Of a DNA stretch of 64,000 bases, positions 59,329 through 64,000 are shown piece by piece (positions within the stretch are counted from its first letter, which is position 1; every line of letters begins with the position of its first letter). Source of the DNA: Mobula hypostoma (Eukaryota); the NCBI RefSeq assembly GCF_963921235.1, contig NC_086097.1:206462001-206526000 (forward strand). The letters are read 5' to 3'. The notes beneath the pieces were generated by a model. The model saw only the letters and a program-made list of their open reading frames with translations. It was not told the origin of the DNA and ran no database searches. The translations under genes were made by a program, and so were the position numbers.

Positions 59329-61879
59329 CTGCAATACGAAAAATACGAATAGTAGACTCTTGAATTTTGAATCAAAAATAAAATACAGAAATCTATTTTC
59401 AATGTTAATTTAGTTAATTTTTCTAAATCTTTTAATACTTTTGGTCAGTACAACCACTTTGAATGCGATTAAGTTAAACAGTGAACAGAACGGCCCTAGC
59501 TGCACTTACAGGCACCAAGAAGAAATAAAGAAGCACTCCCCACTGTTCAGCATTACGCTTAATCCAAACCCCATTGGAAACTGATAGTATTAAGCAAAAG
59601 TCATGTGTTTAAAATTAACGTGTCAATAAAGTTATCAATTTCTATTTCTCATATAACTAAACAGCAGAATTCAAATACAGAACTCCAATTCACGGATTTA
59701 AAATCTGAGTATTACCACCTTTGAGCTATTCAATTATACTTCACACTTGTTTCTTTTTATTGTAGAATACTTTTGTCTCACCATTTTGTTATCAGTTTCA
59801 AGTGACAATAAAGCAGTCTGTTCAGAATAAAACCCACAAAGTTTGTTAGCATTAACTCAAATTTAACTAAAGGGTTTTTTGTTTTGCCTGCACTTAGTTT
59901 GCTGTCATGGCATGAAAATTACTCCAGCCTGATCTCAACAGAAATTCTGTTTTACATTTCATATGTAGCAACACCAGTATATTTCCCTTATCCAAAGCAA
60001 GTGTGGCATTCAAAGCAATGCACGTCTTGATCTTAAATTACATCCACCTTACTGCTTAGTATCAATCCAAGGGAGAAGGGCAAGTCACTTCTGTGATACA
60101 ACATTAATCTTGCCTTTTTAATCTATTACTTGAATCATGGGTTGCTTAATTACATTCTAATTATATCATATTTATGGTGGAGCAATGGTTGATATTGAAC
60201 TAATGTTTCGGAGCCTGGACGGATATTAGTAAATATAAATCTTTATCCTTGTCATGGAATAGTTAGAACCTGAATTTAGTCAGAAGAATTGGGATTGCTT
60301 TCCTAGGGAAGTGAAGATTAAGGGAGACTAGATAGTGGTATTCAAAATGGTGAAATGTTTGGAAAGTGCAGATTTGCTTTCCTTTATCAGAGGATCAATA
60401 TCTATTCGGTACAGATTTACTGTATCAGGCAAACTAATTCGGGTGTAAGGAGTTTTTCTTTATACAGCAATTTGGTATAATCATGAATGGGCTATCTGAA
60501 AGAGGATGGTTCAACCACAAGGTATAAAAATGAAATGGAATAAATGGAAAAAAAAATTCCAGAGAAAAGCAGAAGGGCTAGGATTAAATAGGTGGACCTG
60601 ATTTTATGCAGGATGACTCCAAGATATTTCTTTTCCTGCATAGTTCAAATAGAGTAAATCTCTTATCTCTGATACATACTGATAAATATACCCATGCCCT
60701 CCTGCTGAAGTCAAAGCAGTGTTACAAAGGTTTATGATCACTTATTTGTCTTAATCTCTAAGTAAAAAACCAAGGATCCTATTTGCTATTTCAAGAGCCT
60801 TATCAACTTGAATGTTACTCTAAATTACTCTACTTATTCATCATTACAAAATATCAGGGACGATAGTTGTGTTCTAAGACCAGAAAAACGGACTGTTAAA
60901 GAATCACAATGCTGGAGTAGTAATTTGTTATAATGTCATGTTCAGGCAAAATACCATACAAGTACTCCTAGCATGGTAGGAGTAAACCTTGCCATGACAG
61001 CCTGTTAATAATGAGATATAATCTACACATGTCACTTGATGTGTATTAAATGCTTCAGAAAAATGCATCCAAATAATTTGGCTTTCAGGAGTAGCTTTAA
61101 GGGGCAAAATCCTTATTTCATTCTAACACTACTTATTGCCAGAGCTGGAGCACTAACATTTAGCCTGCAAGCAATTTTTTTGTGCTTTTTATCTTCACTT
61201 GAATATTTGGAATACTGTTACTTTAATTATAAATATAATGAAGCCAACAGTGAGCAAAATAATATCAGTTACTAACTATGGAAATGTCTGTCACATTTTA
61301 AAATATGAATATGAAGCTCCGGTGAAAAGAATGAACGCCATTGTCTGACTTTTAGAAAGCCCAAGCCAAAGTCAGATTGTTTCTTTGATCGTATTGTGTA
61401 GTGATACAGCTGTTCCAAGAAAAACATCTTTTTTGTTTGGGTAGATTGACATTGACAATATCAGTGTCATAGCTCCTCAGAGCAGACTGTGCTCAATCAA
61501 ATAACTAAAATTTAATGAGCTGACCTGCTTCAATTTCATATTTATTATGTACCAAAGGTTTTTTTTTAATATTCTGGACCTCCATTCCTTTCCCAAAATG
61601 CATTGGCAGCTTCCGTTGTTTCCTCCCAATAAAGAAAAAAATCCAAATTAACTTGTACTGAAAATGAAATAAAAAGCACTGTTGCTCCACGTTGAACTGT
61701 TTTTTAGTGGAAAGGAAGTAAGTAGCTAGAAGAGACAGATTGAAGTTAATTGGCAAAATTACCTGAGGGGAACTGTTTTTACAGGCTTGTTATGGTAGGC
61801 ATTGCTAAGTATGGTGATGAAGGCAGATTCATTACTAATTTCAAACAAGGAATGACTTGTAGAGCTCAGAGTGGGGAAT

Positions 61880-62085
61880 AGAAGAAGGGGTGGGGGGATG
61901 GCGGGCATTTTTTTCTAACAGAAGGAAAAATCGATATTCATGCCATCAGGTTGAAGGCTACCCAGACAGAATCAAAGGTGAGGCCCTGAGAGTGGCTTCA
62001 AAGTTACTGCTTGACTGCTGAGTTCCTCCAACATATTGTGAGCATTATTTTGAATTTCCAGCATTTGCAGATTTTCTCATGCTTA
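61880..62085 (-). mobile_element. Penelope fragment (endonuclease end plus terminal arm)
   Basis: Minus strand reads LGSLQPDGMNIDFS; adjacent ctgctgagttcctccaacat...ttccagcatttgcaga arm. Confidence 0.72.
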
Positions 62086-62194
62086 TCATTTCATCTATAT
62101 TTTTTCTGTTTATATAGCAGCAGCCAGCATCATCACTGTGGTCTACCGACATACAGATGCTTCAAGTCATCGTTCATGCTCTAAGTGTGCTACA

Positions 62195-62480
62195 CCATAG
62201 AAACAGATCCATCAGCCTATTGAATCCACACTGGCATTCAAGCACCAACCCACACTAATCTGATATTTATCCCATTTTCATTTTTCCCATGTTCTCATCG
62301 ACCACTTACTCATTCTGCCAATCACCTACACAACAGGGACAATTTGATGTTACTATCTGGGAGGAAATCCACACAGTCAGGGAAAACATGCAAACAACAC
62401 ACAGATGGTATCAGAGATCAGAATTGAACTCAGGTGACTGGGCTGTGTTGAATCAGCTCTAATTAAATGTGCTACTGTAT
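62195..62480 (-). mobile_element. Degraded V-SINE
   Basis: ggaggaaatccacacagtcagggaaaacatgcaaacaacacacaga...aattgaactcagg is the reverse complement of a V core and B-box. Confidence 0.6.
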
Positions 62481-63368
62481 AGTAAAAATTCTTTGAGCAT
62501 GTCTTCCTTTTTGGAAGTTTTGGAACTGATAGATTTCCCTTTCTACATTACAAGAGCTAAGGTTTTGAATTGGCTGTAAGGTCCTTTGGAATATTCTAAG
62601 GCAATGAAATGGGCTATATGAGAGTGTCACTGTTGACAAGCTCCCTACAGTACATTTCTTGGCTATGTAAGAAGGCTATAACGCTCTGGAGGAATTAGTT
62701 AATTTATTTCTCCCTGTTGATGAGATCAATACCTGAAACCATCATCTTCTAATATTTGTAATCTTCTATGTTTTTATTAGTTCCTTCCATTAACTATATT
62801 CATCATTCACCTTTAAGACTGCTAGAAACTCATATTACAATAATGATTTTTACACTTGTAAAGAGAATGACCTGTTATGAGCCTGTTTTTCAGGTATATA
62901 CTAAAGTCCATACCTCAGGAGATCAGAGAATTCAGAAGTAAAAAAAAGGCAAAAATGCTTTTGTAATTTCTGACAATATAAATAGTTAAAAAAATTAACC
63001 AATTGAAGTAAGTTGGACATATGCACTACTGTATTCCCTCGAGAAGCAGGCTATTATGTGCAGTGATAGTTGTGGCAGCTGTTCCAACTGAACAAAATTC
63101 AGAATTAAGTTTGGTGCCTCCTTAATAACTATGTATATCCTCTTATCTGTGGCAGACTGCCAAATAAATTGTGCCGAGACAAACTACCAGTAAGACCATT
63201 TGCACTGTAAGGTATACATATGGGAAGGGATTATTACACAGTTTTTACACGAATAGCCCATGGCAAACAATCTTTTAAGACTGGCACTGATCTTCAAAAT
63301 ACATATCTGTTTCCCTATGTCCTGATATAAAATACATGTACGTTCTGTGCAAATGTCTCAAGTACATA

Positions 63369-64000
63369 CAATACTTATAAAAAGTATTCAACCCTCTTGG
63401 AAGTTTTCAGGTTTTATTGTTTTACAATATTGAATCACAGTTGAATTAATTTGGCTTTTTTGACACTAATCAACAGATAAAGACACTTTCCTGTCAGTGA
63501 AAATAGGTCTGTACAAAGTGATCTAAATTAATTACAAATATAAAACGCAAAATAATTGACTGCTTAAGTATTCACCCCCCTTTGATATGTCACACCAAAT
63601 CATTGGGGTGCAGCCAATTGGTTTTAGAAGTCACTTAATTTTTTCAATGGAGATCACCTGTGTGTATTCAAGGTGTTTCAGCCGATGGTAGCAATAACAC
63701 ACTTCTATCTAGAAGGTCTAACTGCAGGTGAGTCAATGTCCTGGCAAAAATTACACCATGAAGACAAAAGGACACTCTAAGGAACTTTGTGAAAAGGTTA
63801 TTGAAAAAGACAAGTCGGGAGATGGATAAAAGAAAATTTCCAAATCACTGAATATTCCTTGGAGTACAGTTAAGTCAATCATCAAGAAATGGGAAGAATA
63901 TGGCACAGCTGTAAATCTGCCTAGAGCAGGCCATCCTTAAAAACTGAGTGAGTGTGTAAGAAGGGGACTAGTGAGGAAGGCCACCAAGAGACCTATGGCA
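63369..64000 (+). mobile_element. Tc1-like (IR/DR type) transposon, left end and defective transposase 5' part; continues beyond the window
   Basis: TA then caatacttataaaaagtattcaacc; inner repeat aagtattcacccc at ~63566; ATG at 63758 MKTKGHSKELCEKVIEKDKSGDG*KKISKSLNIPWSTVKSIIKKWEEYGTAVNLPRAGHP* with in-frame stops. Confidence 0.9.

Noticed and set aside
1..64000. CRISPR arrays, rRNA or tRNA genes, prokaryotic operons or organellar insertions
   Set aside because: None seen; tRNA-like B-boxes belong to SINE heads and the window is spliceosomal vertebrate intron DNA.

Overview
Vertebrate genomic DNA, not prokaryotic. The repeat content (HER1/CR1 LINEs, HE1-type V-SINEs, Deu-domain SINE relics, Rex1/Babar LINEs, Penelope palindromes) suggests a cartilaginous fish, probably a ray; this is an inference. 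The window lies within the 5' part of the neural zinc-finger gene ST18 (MYT1 family) on the minus strand. Three phase-compatible coding exons (56921-56867, 36675-36645, 652-459) splice to MDSDIEEKRLRTRSKGSRVPVEPVTQELSCSLAKRRK...KRKSLLMKPRHYSP..., and a probable 5'UTR exon lies at 59328-59232. The introns are packed with nested transposons. The most notable structure is a decayed Gypsy LTR retrotransposon (20590-27589) whose RT/RNaseH/integrase core has been replaced by an intronless, sense-oriented fragment of the host splicing-factor mRNA RBM25 (RRM domain), later split by a CR1 insertion. Other points of interest are TSD-flanked palindromic Penelope units with minimal hammerhead-ribozyme cores, a Tigger element resembling mammalian Tigger4 and MER2, and bipartite non-autonomous Rex1/Babar derivatives. 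Family and gene calls come from recalled sequence signatures; no database search was run, and repeat boundaries are approximate unless a TSD or TIR is given.
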